A stretch of DNA of 64,000 nt from the NCBI GenBank assembly GCA_048013815.1, contig CM106585.1, forward strand, positions 7,192,001 through 7,256,000, in the 5' to 3' direction. The DNA comes from Setoptus koraiensis (Eukaryota > Animalia > Arthropoda). Positions 29,301 to 43,300 of the stretch are shown in pieces. Below the pieces are notes generated by a model. That model was given only the letters and a program-made list of their open reading frames with translations. It was not told the DNA's origin and made no database searches. The position numbers and the translations under genes were made by a program. Numbering within the stretch: the stretch's first letter is position 1; each line of letters starts with the position of its first letter.

Positions 29301-30262
29301 TGTGCGCCGTCTGCGCGGGCCGGCCGGCCGGTACAAACTGGTGGCTTTAGGAAACAGGATGCGTGCGTCGAGTTACCTCCGGTCGGTGTGCCGGCCGGCC
29401 GGCCGGTCTTTAGACTCTAAAGTTTAGAGATGCGGTTGCGCAGCTGCGCCGCGCGGTGCACAGCCCGACCGGGCGGACGGCGCAAGCGGTACAAATGGCG
29501 CAAGTGGCGCGCCGAACCGGCACAACGGTGGACACACAGAGGTAATTGTTGCGTAAGACGCAACAAACTGGGCAGCTCGCCGGCGGCGCCGAGCGAGCAG
29601 TGTGCGCAAACGGGCGGCCATTAAGCGAGCGCCATTAACTCTTTCGCTCGTTCACTTCCTCTCTCTCTCTCGCTCTCTCTCTCTCTCGCCACAAACAACA
29701 AGCTTCAGCGAGTTAATGGTGCACCTGTGCTGCCGGCCAGTCGCTCATGAGATGCCTGCGCTGATTAGAGGCCAATTGCGCGCCGAGCGCCATCCGATGG
29801 CTGCTGCAATGTTGCGTAATGAATACGCTCTCATGGTAATATTTGTCTGTTGTTGTTACCGGGTTTCTAGCGCCGCCGACAGCGGCCAGCGAGTTCAACG
29901 AGTGCAAGCAGCCACGGCCAGCGAGCCTTTCATGGTGGTTGCATTATTTAGTTACGTAAGTGATTTTGCTCCCATTGATTCTGTGCTGCCGCCACTGCTG
30001 CTGCTGCCGTGATTTGCGTCTGTTGTGAGTTTTTGAGTGCATTTGGCGCTGCTGTGAGCGCCCGATAAAAGCCGCTCCATTGCTACGCAACGCTCATGTG
30101 TGTCTGACGCAACAAACGCGATCGCAGGGGCGCAATCTGTTTTCGTTTTCATATCCTTTATCGCCCGCCGCGTTCGTCCGTAGGCGTGCCACTAGTAGCG
30201 GCGGCCGCCACCGCCGCACTGATGCGGACACTCGGGCCACCCGGGCCATTCGGGCCGGTCTG

Positions 30263-30296
30263 GCGAGCCAATATATCGGCCGATATATTGGCTCGC
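30263..30296. repeat. Perfect 34-bp palindrome
   Basis: gcgagccaatatatcgg|ccgatatattggctcgc: the 17-bp arms are exact reverse complements with no spacer. Confidence 0.95.
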
Positions 30297-33240
30297 ATTC
30301 TCATACCGAACTTACCTCGTCACTGGCTCCTAACCTAACGAGCAAGACTACTTCACTGTGCGCGTGCGCAGTAGCTAGACAAAGACCTAAACAGAGGGAA
30401 ATTCGAACGTGAAAAAAAGTTAATAACTTTAAGTTATGGTGCAAACATTCGCCAAGCAACTGCAGCTTGTGCGCTATTTGCTGCCAGTTGAACTGCTCAC
30501 TATCACTTGGACTGGCAGTTCAGCCCGGAAAAGACCCCAAACTGCCAATTTGACTGCCAAAAACTCTCCTAGGGGCCTTCTCGTATAGCTGGCCTTTGGG
30601 TGCGGTAATGCGACCTCAGAAGTGAGGTCAATTTTTGGCCAGCGTGACAACAGGAGCCGTTGTGTTGTTCGGATTGAGGCCGGCGCTTCTGTCGGCGGTC
30701 ATTGGCGATAAGCGCGCCAAATAATGCCGATCGATCGATTGATGTAGCGTCGCTGTTGATTTGTTTGCGCTGTATGCGGCGCTCGGGTGAACGCGGTTGG
30801 CCAAGGTCAGCCGCGTTCACCCGACGGGCCGTTGCGACAGAGATCGAGTACAACAACACAGTCGGACTCTGGGCAAGTGGCTGGCAAGCTTGGCCCGACA
30901 AACAGGTACAAACAGAGAGAGAGAGAGAGAGAGATATAAACATGGACAGACATTGCAAGTTGAGGCAATTAGGCTGGTCGGAATTAGCAATTAGCGGCTG
31001 CAGACTGGTGCTGGCTAGCAGCGTGCAACAGCGAGCTATCGATATGGCGCAAAACAATCACCACTAACTGGCGATAATTAACAAACAAAACACTTGGCCG
31101 CTTGTGTTGCGTTGTATGGGGTTGTTGAAGAGAGTTGCGTTGTGAGCCATCTCACATGGTCGTGATTTCGTTTCAGCATGATGTAATCTTAAACCTCTCG
31201 CCGTCTGTCTGACTGTTGGCCCGATATCGACATATACCGACACATACATAAATAAATAAAAATACTGGCTGACAACCACTGCTGCGCATTTCATTTGATT
31301 TGCACTACATATCTGCCAGACTAGATTTGTTGATTGCCGATACATGCGAGATCATCGATTCGTCTTGTTCATCGAGCCAACTCACAAACGAAATGATAAA
31401 ATAAAATGAAATGAAATGAAATATAAAATAAAACTGCGAGAAATTTTCTCGCAGACGCGCCGACACAAGATGCAACGATAACGAATTTGAAACAGCTCTA
31501 TTTGTGCATTATCTTGCATTTATTGTCTATCTATTTGTTGCATCTATTATCGGCGCTTCAATTAGTATATCTCTGTCTGTCTGTCTAGCCGTGTGGCCGC
31601 GCGACCACAAGCTGGCGCTCGCAAAAGCTCGAGGGGGCCGCCAATGTCGTCTCATCTGACTGCTCTGCTGATCATTGTTTGTTGGTGCAATCCATCAATC
31701 AATCGGTTACATCACAAGTGAGTCAGCAAGTGCACTTGATCAGTTATGCAACAGTTTGAATGAGCGGCGGCGCTTGTGGCGACAGTTGTCTAACTGTGCA
31801 CACTCTGTTGACCGCAACCATTGTCGGTCAAGCGCCCCAAGCGGCGACACACGGCGTCTGTCTCGCAGTGATAATGAACGTGTCACGTGAGCCAATCATT
31901 ACAGTAGCCGGTGACGTATCACCGGCTTTATTATCATTGCATGCTATAATATAACGCTATTGTTATGTAACAAGCTCATCAGCCGCTGACAACTGTTGCT
32001 GTGAAACAGCATGCAACTGCACATGATCATTCAACTCGTCCCATAACAATGTGCGCACATTATTATTATTAGTGACGCAACCACGGCGCTGTGCCGAGCG
32101 CCAGCACTGTGCCGAGCGACTTTCACAGTGAAAGTTTCACTAGCCAACTTTCGCCACAATCAATGCCAATCTGTACAAAGCCTGTACAAATCTGGCACCA
32201 GTTGACGGCAGTTGTGGTGGCCACAGTTATCCACAGTTTATTTGAGCCCAGTGACAGTTCGCAAAGCTGCACCGTGCCTAGGCCAAAAGCGCGCCAGTGC
32301 AAATCGCAAAACTGTCTAGACAGCAGCACATTTGGCGGAGTATCGTATGCTCCGGCAAATGATACTGCGCTCGCAAAGTGGCAGAGCGTCTGCCCAAGAT
32401 GATAATTAAAACCCTTCATAAATGACTCACGTCTAACGAGCTGCCAGCCGCAAATCACGCCACAAAGCCAGCCCAGTGCGCTCATGCTCGTCGTGACTCA
32501 CGGGAAATTACGCGATTGCAAGCACATTTTTATCGCGAGAATTGATCGCAATTAGTTTCGGGCACCATCTCTGGCTCGACGAGCGGCCCCCTGGCTCGTT
32601 GGTGTGGCTCGGCCCGACAGAATGGCTCGGCTCGACACTGTGGCTGGGCTCACTGGGCTCCGTTGGTGCTAGCGACTCTCTACTAGAGAGTCGCTAGTGG
32701 TGAGGCCAAGTCGCACACAATTGTTAGCTGGCAAATAAATGATTTGGCAAACAAAACTGTCGCCCCTAGCGGCGCTTTTAGTTTAGTTTTTGTGGCCAGA
32801 TAGGCGCAAATTGGCGCAAAATATTTCGCGCCAATTGCTGTCACTGCAGTGTGTTGGCAAAGCGATCATCACCTGTGTTGGCCAAACTTGGCACATGAAA
32901 AGTATTTAGAGTGATGATGCAAGTGAAAGCTGTTGCGTAACTCAATGGTGCTGCACTGTGCAGCGCGCGGCACAGTGCGGCAGCTTTTTCGGCCATCGTG
33001 TGCCTGTTGGCGCACACGGCTCGTTGTTTTGTTGATGATTACGTAATACGTCTATCTGGTCGTTGGCGTGAAAATCACTGCCAGTGCACGCTCATGCCCA
33101 ACAATCGGCGCTTGCAAACAACACTTGCTGTTGTGTGTCGTTCCTCTGGGAAGAAATGCCAAGAAGCAAAACGAGTTTTGTTGCCCGGCTGCTGCTGCAT
33201 GTGTTGCGTCACTCTAAATACTTTCATTATTCTATTCACC

Positions 33241-33334
33241 TGTTGCTGTTGTTGCTGCTGTTGTTGTTGCTGTTGTTGCTGCTGTTGTTGCTGCTGTTGT
33301 TGCTGTTGTTGCTGCTGTTGTTGCTGTTGCTGTT
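33241..33334. repeat. (TGT/TGC)n trinucleotide microsatellite
   Basis: Compound tgttgctgt run; source of the spurious poly-Cys/poly-Leu ORFs in the track. Confidence 0.95.
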
Positions 33335-34890
33335 AGTCTGTGTGCGCTCACTCTGCGACTCACCTGGTCTCCACATGTGCATCGGATGCAGGCAGCTCCA
33401 TTCCCATTGCAAGCATCGCAACACCAACACATTACATAATAATATACAACTCTTTCGTGCACACATGCTGCACATGTAATGGTGCACCCCGCTGCGCCCT
33501 CGCAACCCTTTTGCGTCGGTGGTGCCGCCTGGCGTGAAAGTGGCCTTTTCACTTTGATGGGTTCACTGGGATCGTGTGTGTGTGGCCTTGACTTTGTGAG
33601 TATGGCTATTATTACATAAGCATCTCTATTATTGCCCTCTCTCTCTCTGGCTGCTGTTATTATCATTTTTGCTGCTGCTGCTGTTGCTGCTGCGATCACA
33701 CCATTATACGACGCCATTGTGGCTGTTGCCTGAGAAGCGACTCACTCTCACACTCGGCCCGACCATAATGGGCATAATGGGCATAATGGGCTTACAGGGC
33801 ACAATGGGCATAAAGGGTGCAATGGGCACAGAGGGCACAATGGGCACCGGGGGCGTAATGAGCTTATTGGGCATTATGGGCCGGCGATCGGAGCTGCGAT
33901 ATAGAGGGTGGCACACACCAAACCACCAAATCACCGGCGCTCAAATAGTTGGCTTGTTTCGGGGCATTTCCACTGCACCTTCTGGGCCTTTACCCCGACT
34001 GGCACAAATAGACTAGACTGTGTGCCTGTGGCATCTAGGGCTGTTGCGCAATATGATCGCAGGCTGGGAAGCCAGTGTGAACTGCGGACTGGGAAAAAGT
34101 CTCAAAAAGCCGCAAAAATTTGTTTGCGCAAATGATTTCGTTCCATGTCAAAGGATTTTATTTGACACTGGCACAGTCTGTGCGCCGTGCACAAACTACT
34201 GCTCATAATGACTGTACAAGTTATTAACCTTGAAAGCAGGCATTTGTGTGCGCTTGAAAGAGGTGCCAATAACTGGGCGAGAGGGGCGCTTGTTGCGCTT
34301 TTGTATTGCAGAGAGCGGCCAGCGCAGCACCAAATAGAGCGCTCAACTGTGATTAGCAGCGCATGCGATGGCCAATGATGATGCCAAAACCATTAGCTGT
34401 ATGCCGGCTTCTCGTGTTGTCGTTCGGGCCGCTTGGCGCCGTTGGCGCCGTTCGAAGCGAAGCTCAATTACGAATGGCTCAAATTCGAATTCGAATTCGA
34501 ATTGGAAATGGAAATGGCGGCGCAAGTTGCAGCGACTCGGCTTATATCATCGGCAAGCCAGCCGATATAAGCCGGCCAACAGCAAGCGGCCTCGGCGAGA
34601 CTTGATGCCACTGGCGGGCCAGTGCAAAGCCAGTGCAAAGCTATTACGTGAAGCCGGCAAGCGTGTGCTGGGCAATAGTTGCAACTTGATTGCTTCTCGA
34701 TGGCAACGTAAACAAGCAAATAAACTCACTGCCAGCTAATTGACATATTCCACTCACCTGGCTGTCGCTTCGTGCACCGTCCGCCGTCCACTTGGCGACA
34801 CTTGACAAGCTTCGCTGGCCAGCAATTAATTAATTAATTATTTATCCGCGCATGATGCCACGCTATCTCGGGATCACGGGGTCGCGGGAT

Positions 34891-34977
34891 CGCTTGGTCA
34901 GCCTGCTTGAAAGGTATCAGTGGGGCGCGAGTGGCAGCTGGCGCCGCATTGTGCCTCTCAAGCAGGCTGACCAAGCG
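34891..34977. repeat. 87-nt hairpin (pre-miRNA/hpRNA-like or tiny fold-back)
   Basis: Perfect 20-bp arms cgcttggtcagcctgcttga (34891-34910) and tcaagcaggctgaccaagcg (34958-34977). Inner pairing continues imperfectly to a loop of about 12 nt. Confidence 0.85.
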
Positions 34978-37900
34978 GCAATGGTCAACTAGAGCAGCGA
35001 GAGCCGGCTTAAAGACACAGCGACAATAAAGGAGCGATATAAACGCCAAAAACAATCAATCATGCGCCAGAAGCCAACAGGCCCGCCAACTGTTGATGCA
35101 ATCTTATATGGCCGACTATGGCCACTTATATAAGCGCTTCCGTTTTGCGCCGCACAAATATCCGATCAGTGATATTTGTAATATTATATTATACTGTGAT
35201 TGCCATCTCTGCTACTCGTCGGTCCGCTACCCGCTACCCGTCGGCCGCCGCTCGCCGCTCGCCACTCGTAGTGCCGGCCCAAGCTCGTCAAGTATGTCGT
35301 TGATGTGATAGTGGCCAATAATACAGTACATTGTATATTGTAGTGTTAATGATAGTTGGCTCGTTGAGTCGCTCTTGTCGTTGTCGTGCCAACGCCAGTG
35401 CCTATCGCAATCATCGGACAATTATCTGACGAACGGCCAACTAATGCTGATCCTAAACGCACAAGAAGTGTGATAACACCATCAGCCGCCAGTGGACAAA
35501 CACGAGCGGACGAGCGAGCCAACGAACGGACAGAGCCGAACGGATAGGACCAAACAGTCGGCCGACCAGTTCATTAGATGCAAACGCTAATGATCTTTTT
35601 GTCTGCAGCGCGTCTAATGATGCTGGCCTCTTTTAGAGCGCAGTCTGGTCGTTCCATTCACTCTGCCACCACTAATGGCATGCGGCCATGGCCAACAGCA
35701 GCCAGAGATGCCGTGCAAACAACCGCCACCACGACAAGTGCACCATAAATACAAATTGCCGGCGCTCATTCATACCTGGGCTGTTGCTTCGCGAGATATT
35801 TTAAAATTCGCCCCGCGGCCACATGCAGCCTATCGGCTGAGGCTGAGGCTGAGGCTGAGAGAAGCCAAACTCGATCGGGCGGCTTACGCAACACACAATT
35901 AGATTAAAACATTCATCAGCGACAATATCATCATTATTATTATTATTGGTATTATTATTACTGCATTTGATTGTTGCTATTAATTAGCGCGATTAATTAC
36001 AGATTCAATTTTGAACTTGAACGCGGCCAGAACTCGGCCGCTCGTGACGCGCCCGATATTAATATTATTATGTGTGTGAATATATGGCAGTGAATAGTTC
36101 ACAGTGAATGGTTCGCAGTGAATAGTTCGCAGTGAATAGTTCACACACCGCCGGTGGCACGTCCTGTGCTACTGGCTTGTCCTGCACACTGTCCATGCGC
36201 ATTGTCCACTGGTGAATAAGGCCTCAGATGAATATGGCCGCTGATGAATATGGCCGCTGATGAATATCGCCATTTGTGAATATCGGCTCCAACTACAGCA
36301 TAAAGTTGTGGTGTCGTATTGTACGTGAACATACCCGCGCTTCAGACTTGTGTGTGGTCTAAAGTGTGGGCGGCCCAAGAAAGTTGCATCACTTGCGAGC
36401 ATCGACAATTGTCGGGCCACAAAATCCGATGAGCACTGGCGAGAGTGCATCCACGCATGAATACCAATTAATGGCAAGCTAATTGGCTGGCGCACAATGT
36501 TTGCTTGTTGACATTAACAAATGAGTTTACATGAGTGTCACCCTGCTAATCGTTTTACACCTCGTTCTGATTGCTCACTCGTTCACCCATTCACAACAGC
36601 AGCAGCAACAACGACGACAGCAGCAACAGCAACACTGCTGTTCGCGCATAATGAGAGTCTAGTTGTTGTTGCTGTTGTTGTTGCTGTTGTTGTTGCTGTT
36701 GTTGTTCGGACTCGCTTCGGTTCAACGTCATTGGCGGGCATAACATTTACACATTTTGAAATCATTTTTGAGCCAAGACGCAGAATCTTACAGAAGCCCG
36801 CGCTAGAGCCGGCCAACGAACAGGTGAAAGAATCAACAACGAGAGATGAACTCCCGCCCGGGACGCTTCGCTCCGGAGCATCGGCAACAGGTAACAAGTT
36901 TATGGTCTCACTCTCGCCAAGTGGAAGCACCTGTATTTGTGCACCTTAGTTTTACCTGTTTACCTGGTGTTAATCACACACACACACACGCACGCACACA
37001 CACACACACACACACACACTACAAATAAACAATCTTATCGTATCGTGGAACAAGTTGTTTTTTGCGTTGTTTGTGTGGCATTTGCAGCAACAAGTTGCCG
37101 GCGAGTGAGCGAGCCTGCCGAATAACGACAGAAAGACAGAGGGAGAGACAGACAGAGACAGAGATAGACAGAGACAGCGAGAGATAGACAGATAGAGACA
37201 GAGGGAATGTTCGCGGGGAATTTGTTTGTGTTGGTTGCTGTCGCGTTTGCACTAGTATCACTTTGCGCCGCCATAGACACTGTCACACGGACAGCAACAA
37301 CAACAACAACAACAAACACGGCCATCGCATTTAAACTCGGGCTTCCCGTTCGACTTGCTGCGCTGATTATTTATCATTATATCATTATATCTGGTTGCAA
37401 ATCTGGCCGGCAAATCTGCCAGATTTGCCGGCCACGGTCGCGAACGGCAACGAGAATTGGCAGCGCCATGATGGTTGCGTTGATAGCACGTAGCATTGGC
37501 GATAAGCGAGACAGGAATGCCGTGCGCCGTGAAGCGAGCGAGCTAAGTGAAAAAAGAAGAAGAACGACGACGATTAATTGTTGCTTCGATTATTCAGATT
37601 AGATTAGATTGGAATCGAGTGGACTCGGCCGACTCACTTGATGTGCCAATTCAGCAAATTTGGCCAATTCGGCCTATTCAGCCTGTTCAGCATTGCCAAC
37701 AGACTCTGTTGAACAGAGACAGATGGGCAGAGCAAGCGCAAGTACGTCTCAATTGAAGCACTTGTTGCCGGTTCAATGTCGCCAGCAGATATCACCTGTC
37801 GCAGATATATCACTGATGCAATAATATCATTTGCAGCAATGTCTGACGCAATGTCGCATCATTTGCGCGTTTGTCCGACATAAATCACTGCTCGTAATAA

Positions 37901-39687
37901 TGTGCATGGACGTATATAAATACATCTCTCTCGCTCTCTCTCTCTCTCTATCATGAGTCATGACATTGAAACCAGAGGACGCAAACAGCTGATATATTTA
38001 TTCCAATGGTCAAGTGGTCTGGTGGACAGATTGCGTCAGCAGTTTGCGTCGACAACAGTTTGTGTGTGTGTTTACCTTGGCAGTTGTGGTGGTGGCTGCT
38101 GTTGTCGTTGTTGTTGTCATTAATGGCGGCAGCAGCGGAGAGTGGCCAGAGCGATAAAAGTGGCTGCAAATAAACGATCGCGTCAGTTATTTTAACGAGT
38201 GGCTCTATCTAATTAACTTGACAATATGTCCTAATGGCCACGGTGTCATATAACACACACACACACACAAACTTGCGCTCGCCCCAAAAGTAGTGGCATT
38301 CAGGTGCGGGGGCACACTTGTTGGGCGTAGGGGGTCGCAGTGAGACTGGAGGCTCGAATGAAGCCCGGTCCAGTCCTAGACACTGGCCAGACAATGAACT
38401 ATATGCTGTTATAATGCCCGTGTCGGCGGTGCAGTTTTGATTAATGTCCACAACAAAACGATCAACAGCAACAACAGCTCAACATTAATTGACGCTCATA
38501 AATTAACGATAGACTACGACGGCACTAACAAGCAATTAAGCTGCCTTCGAGGGCTAGCATCACTTGGCCGGCGCTAGCGTTCGAATGGATAATAAAAAAT
38601 AATAAACTGAAAATGAAATAGAATAAAAAATAAAACGATTCGAAACGAGACGAAACGAAAGCATGCGATGAAGTAGCCGCGGCCTACGACATTTGGCCTA
38701 TGACCGCTAGCTTAATTAGTGCGGTGCGCCATCTGTCGCCCGAGTGGCCGCACTGCTCATGTGCCCAAACATGATGCACTAGCTTATTGTATTATATGTA
38801 TTTATACTTGTATTTCGACACCAAACCGCTGCAATGTCAGTTATTGGCCGTTATTGACGCCGTCGACACTAGTATCGGCAGCATCGGCGAGATCGGCCCA
38901 CCGCTGGCCATCATGCGGTGGGCCGAGTAACACAAAATGGCTAGACTGCTCGAACAGTGTCGACAAGCGGTGACAGTGTCGAGCGAGCCTGGTGGCGTCA
39001 GTGGCCTGACTCACGGGCGACAATGGCATGACGCAACAGCGACAAGTTGACATGTGTGTGTGTGTGTTATAAAAGTTGAGCTAGCTACGCACAACAATTG
39101 TGTATTACGTAATAATAAAACCCACAACTTAAATATCGTTTGGTATCGTCACTGGAGGCAGTTGTTCGCTGCGCCCTGGTGGCGGGAATTTGCGCGCAAA
39201 CATCGGCGACGGTAGGCGCTTGCTGACGGGTGACAGAGAGAGAATAAGTGAGTTGGTTGTGAGTGAATAAGTGAGCGGCTATCCACACTTATCTGGCTTG
39301 CGGATCTTCTTCAATGAGATGCAAGCATGAATCATGTGAATATCACACAAACAAAGGCACGCACGACTTGTTCGTGTTACGTCATGCCCAAACGCCACAG
39401 ACATCGCAGCGCACAGCGTGATGATCGCAACAGCAGAAACAATATATCAGCCAAACAACAATGCAAAACGGTGCAGTGTTGTTGCGTAACGTCTTGCCAC
39501 AGTGGCGTAACTGTGGCAAGGCTCACGCAATTGGCGCTCATACGTATGTACGTTGTATATGTGCGCACAATGTGGCGCAATTGGCCACTGTTGTGCATAT
39601 CGTGCGTGGGTGGCACAGCGCACAGCCTTGTTGGGCCATTTTAGGGCATTCTGGATTGTTTGGGGTCGACATTGCGCCAAACAGGCA

Positions 39688-39750
39688 CAGTTGGCCCCAA
39701 AGTTTGCGCAGTTGGCCCCAAAGTTTGCGCAGTTGGCCCCAAAGTTTGCG
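39688..39750. repeat. Perfect 21-bp tandem repeat, 3 copies
   Basis: cagttggccccaaagtttgcg three times exactly. Confidence 0.97.
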
Positions 39751-40250
39751 CAAGTTGACAAGCGAAAGAATCAATGATAAGTACGCACAGGCTCACTGGC
39801 GACACGGTGGTCGCTATGCTCGCATCGCTCACTATCGTAGCGATTGTAAATTAATTAACTTGGCAACAGTAACGGTGATAACAACGAATCGTGTCATCGT
39901 GATCGCCGGCCACAGTTAGCGACTGTCGCTGTGTGCATTTGTTATTACTTAACTGCCCCGGGCACCTATTGTGTTACGTAATGCGCACACGAAATGACGA
40001 ACGATGTCGCTAGGGCTGCATGTTAATGGCATGCGCGAGTGTGTGTGGCGCTGTCATGAGGCGCGCACATTAAAACACAACTTGGTGAATTGTCAACTTA
40101 TCGACTTATTATTAACTTGTGTGTTTTTGATCTGGCGGGCGCCGCGCAAGCGGCCGGGCGGGCCAGCGAAAAGACGCGACGGCGACTCGGCGAGCCGCGA
40201 GCCAAGAAACGACAGCGAAGCCACTCCGAGAGAGCGAGCGACAAGCGACA

Positions 40251-40266
40251 ACAGAGACAGACAGAC

Positions 40267-40311
<45 letters not shown>
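40251..40311. repeat. (GA)n / (GACA)n microsatellite
   Basis: Direct inspection. Confidence 0.95.
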
Positions 40312-40314
<3 letters not shown>

Positions 40315-43300
40315 AAGAGCTCGCCATGGCCGACATTATTGCATAATGATGCAATGCGCCCGCCACCATGCCACCGCTTTCAATTTGGCTTGGCGCCAAA
40401 TTGCCAGAGTTGTTGTTGGCTGTTGGCGTTAGGCAGTTTTTCTCGGTTGTTTTGAGTTGTTTGTTGGAGTTCTTTTTAGCTTGTTGCGTGTGTGTGTGTG
40501 TGTGTGTGCGATGCTCGGCTGGTCGATTTTGCGAGCCTCTTTGCGCTCTCATCGGCCATTCTTGGCAGCTCGGCTCATGGTGCGCCGTTCGTTGTGCGCT
40601 GGCTCGTTATGCAATTGCCATCGTGCGCCATCGTCGTCCATTTATCGTTGTCGGGTGCTGCGTGCGTCCCTAGGCGCTACTATGTGCCCGCTATGCCGCT
40701 ACGGGCCCATGAGCCCGAGCCTCGGGTCGCAACTCGTAAAATTACACCGGCACTGTTGTGTGTTGCGACGCAGCGCCATTGAGACAGTGTGACACATCTG
40801 ACGGGATTCGCAGTTACTGTTTGCAGCGCGCACCCCAAACAGAGACTGCCGACCGACCGAGCCGACCGAGCCAATGACCTCGCCCTGCAGTGCGAGCCAT
40901 CGATCAAGTGCCCTCTGTGCAGTCGCAATTGCCAGCGGGCCGACTCACGTAATTGGCCCGCTCGTTGGCGCTTGTGGGGCGCCCAGACGCCCGCACCAAC
41001 AGCGACACCGAGCGGCTCGAGATGGCCGGTCTGATACTATCAGGCTGATAGTGGGGCGAGCGAGAGTCGAGCGGCAGTAGGCAAACTTGCAACAATGTTG
41101 TTGCTCTGGCGACACTGTCATACAATGTATCCGTTTGTTGCGCAACAGCAACAACATTCCTCGCCCAAACTGTCGGCTTGTAAGCTGTCACACTGTTACT
41201 GCAGTGTCTCAGGCCACTCCAGGCAACACTGATACATTATACATTTTACAACATTGTATCAGTGTATTGGCCTGGCGCTGTATGAGCAACCCTTCATTTG
41301 TCGGTGTGTGCGTTGTTGCGCAAAAATAAATCTCGCTCGGCAGGCTCGGCCGTGTGCAAGTTGCTCTCATGTAATACAAATGTTATGTAATACAAACTAT
41401 GTATCTATTAAATTGACTCTAATCTCACTTGTTCATCATCCGTTTTATATGCGCTTTTTATTGCCTCCATTTCGTTTGATGCCCGCTCTGTCGCACTCCG
41501 TCGAGTGGCTGGCGCAAACTACTCGAGCTCGCTCGCTCAGCTCGTCCCATTGGTGCGCGACGCGCAGCCATCGGTATCGCACATCGGGCCGAGTCATCAT
41601 CGGCCAGACGGCAACGCAGACTGTGTCGTTGTTGTTGCTGTTGTTGTTGTCGTCGTCGTCGTCGTTGTTGTCTGTGTTGGCGATTAACAAGTGCGCCCAG
41701 ACAAACAAACACGACAGTGTGACAGACAGCACGCGAAGCGCCCTCTCTGCCCGGACACGCGAAACTAGCAAGTGCAGGTGAGGATGGGGCCAAGCGGCGC
41801 ACTAATGAGCGGACAGTGTTCGCCTGGACGCCACCAACTGAAGTGCTGGCATCGCGCGCTTGTCGTCTCTCTTGCAACTTACAACTTGCAACTTGGTCAC
41901 TAAGTTGTAAGCCAACTAAGTGAGTTCTGGCCAGCTGTTCTCATGCATGTGACGCAATAATTGGCGTGCAGTTTGCACACAGCCGGCTAACTGTCGCTGT
42001 CGGACTGCGCTGTGCTCGACTGTGTCGGTTAAGCGCATAAACACAAACCCGAGCAAACCCGAGCAAACCCGAGCAAATCCGCGCAAATCCGCGCTATCCG
42101 AGCCCTGCGATCAATCTGACAACAATCTGCGAGCCAGCGCCGCCACATCCGAACATATAAACATTTGAACATATGCTCGCTAACTGCTGATAAATATAGA
42201 CCAAATATATAGAGCACACTGATGCAATACACGAGATGACGCAAACAAACTTGAGTTTGCGACGACCGCGTGTGACATGCTCTTTTTATGCGCTGCACAC
42301 TGCTGACAACCAGCCCGGCGGCTTGATCAACATTATCCAATATTCTCATGTGAACTTGGTGCGATATGCCAGTGCTTCATTAGGCACTCTATTAGCTTGA
42401 GTGACTCTAGTTAACTGACGGCCGTGCGAATCGGCTTGCAGCAACGTCCGCCGGCGACACAACGTCCGCCTAACAACCGCCCACTAACCCAAGCTCGGGC
42501 TGGCCCGTCCCCGTGCCCGCCCGTCGGCCCAGCGGACTTCCGCGGGCTGCCTCCCAGATTCCAACGCTGCACCCATCGTTCTGTGCGAGCTGCTCGTTCG
42601 CAAGTGCACACTGAATGGCACATGATTTATTGACTGCCGCCACTTGGCATATATGGCCACAACACACGCAACTGCCGGCCATTGCAACAACCAGTCCACG
42701 TTGCCATATACACACCGGCCCGAACCATGAGGTTTGTGGCCGGTGCGAAACAGTAATGACAATATATTGAACGGTGTCCATTGCACCTTTGGCCCCGCAG
42801 AACGGGGGCCTCCGGTCGGATCGTTCATTCTTCAAGACCATATTGCTCCATTCCTGTTGGGTGATGGCGAAGGCATCCATGGGGAGAGCATTCGGGGCAG
42901 GCATTCGAAGGTGAGCATTCGGCGGCGAGATTCGGGGCGAATGAGGCCCGCGGCGCCCATTGCACTGATCCGGGCATAAGAGAGGACCCGTTGCTTGTTT
43001 GATGAACAACTTTGGTCGTTGCGCTCATTCGCGAGCGAGAGCGCCAAACAAACTCCGTCGTGTGTTTAACGCATCGTGAAGCGGAATTTCGCCATGCATT
43101 GCATTGTCGGAAATGGGTGCCTCATGTTTCAACAAAACTGATTCACGGTGCCCCCAGATGCACGTCAATTCACCTGTGCGCCAAGTGTGCCGGTGGCGCC
43201 GTCTGGAGCGGTTGCGTTGGGTTTGGCGCTCGTCTTGTGCTCGCGGTGTGTCATTCTGTGTCGGACACAATCCGCTTGTTTGTTGTGGCCCGATTGTTTG

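Noticed and set aside
32123-32485. YHLGQTLCHFASAV, resembling a GPCR ECL1/TM3 start
   Set aside because: No DRY-like motif at the right distance, prolines in the predicted helix, and no other TM segments.
33669-34016. Collagen-like G-X-Y run (also 62225-62500)
   Set aside because: Only about 7-9 triplets, generated by 9-bp tandem duplications, with no collagen gene context.
38076-38163. Minus-strand segment with a good acceptor and donor
   Set aside because: Encodes only low-complexity Thr/Asn-rich peptides in any frame and has no partner exons.
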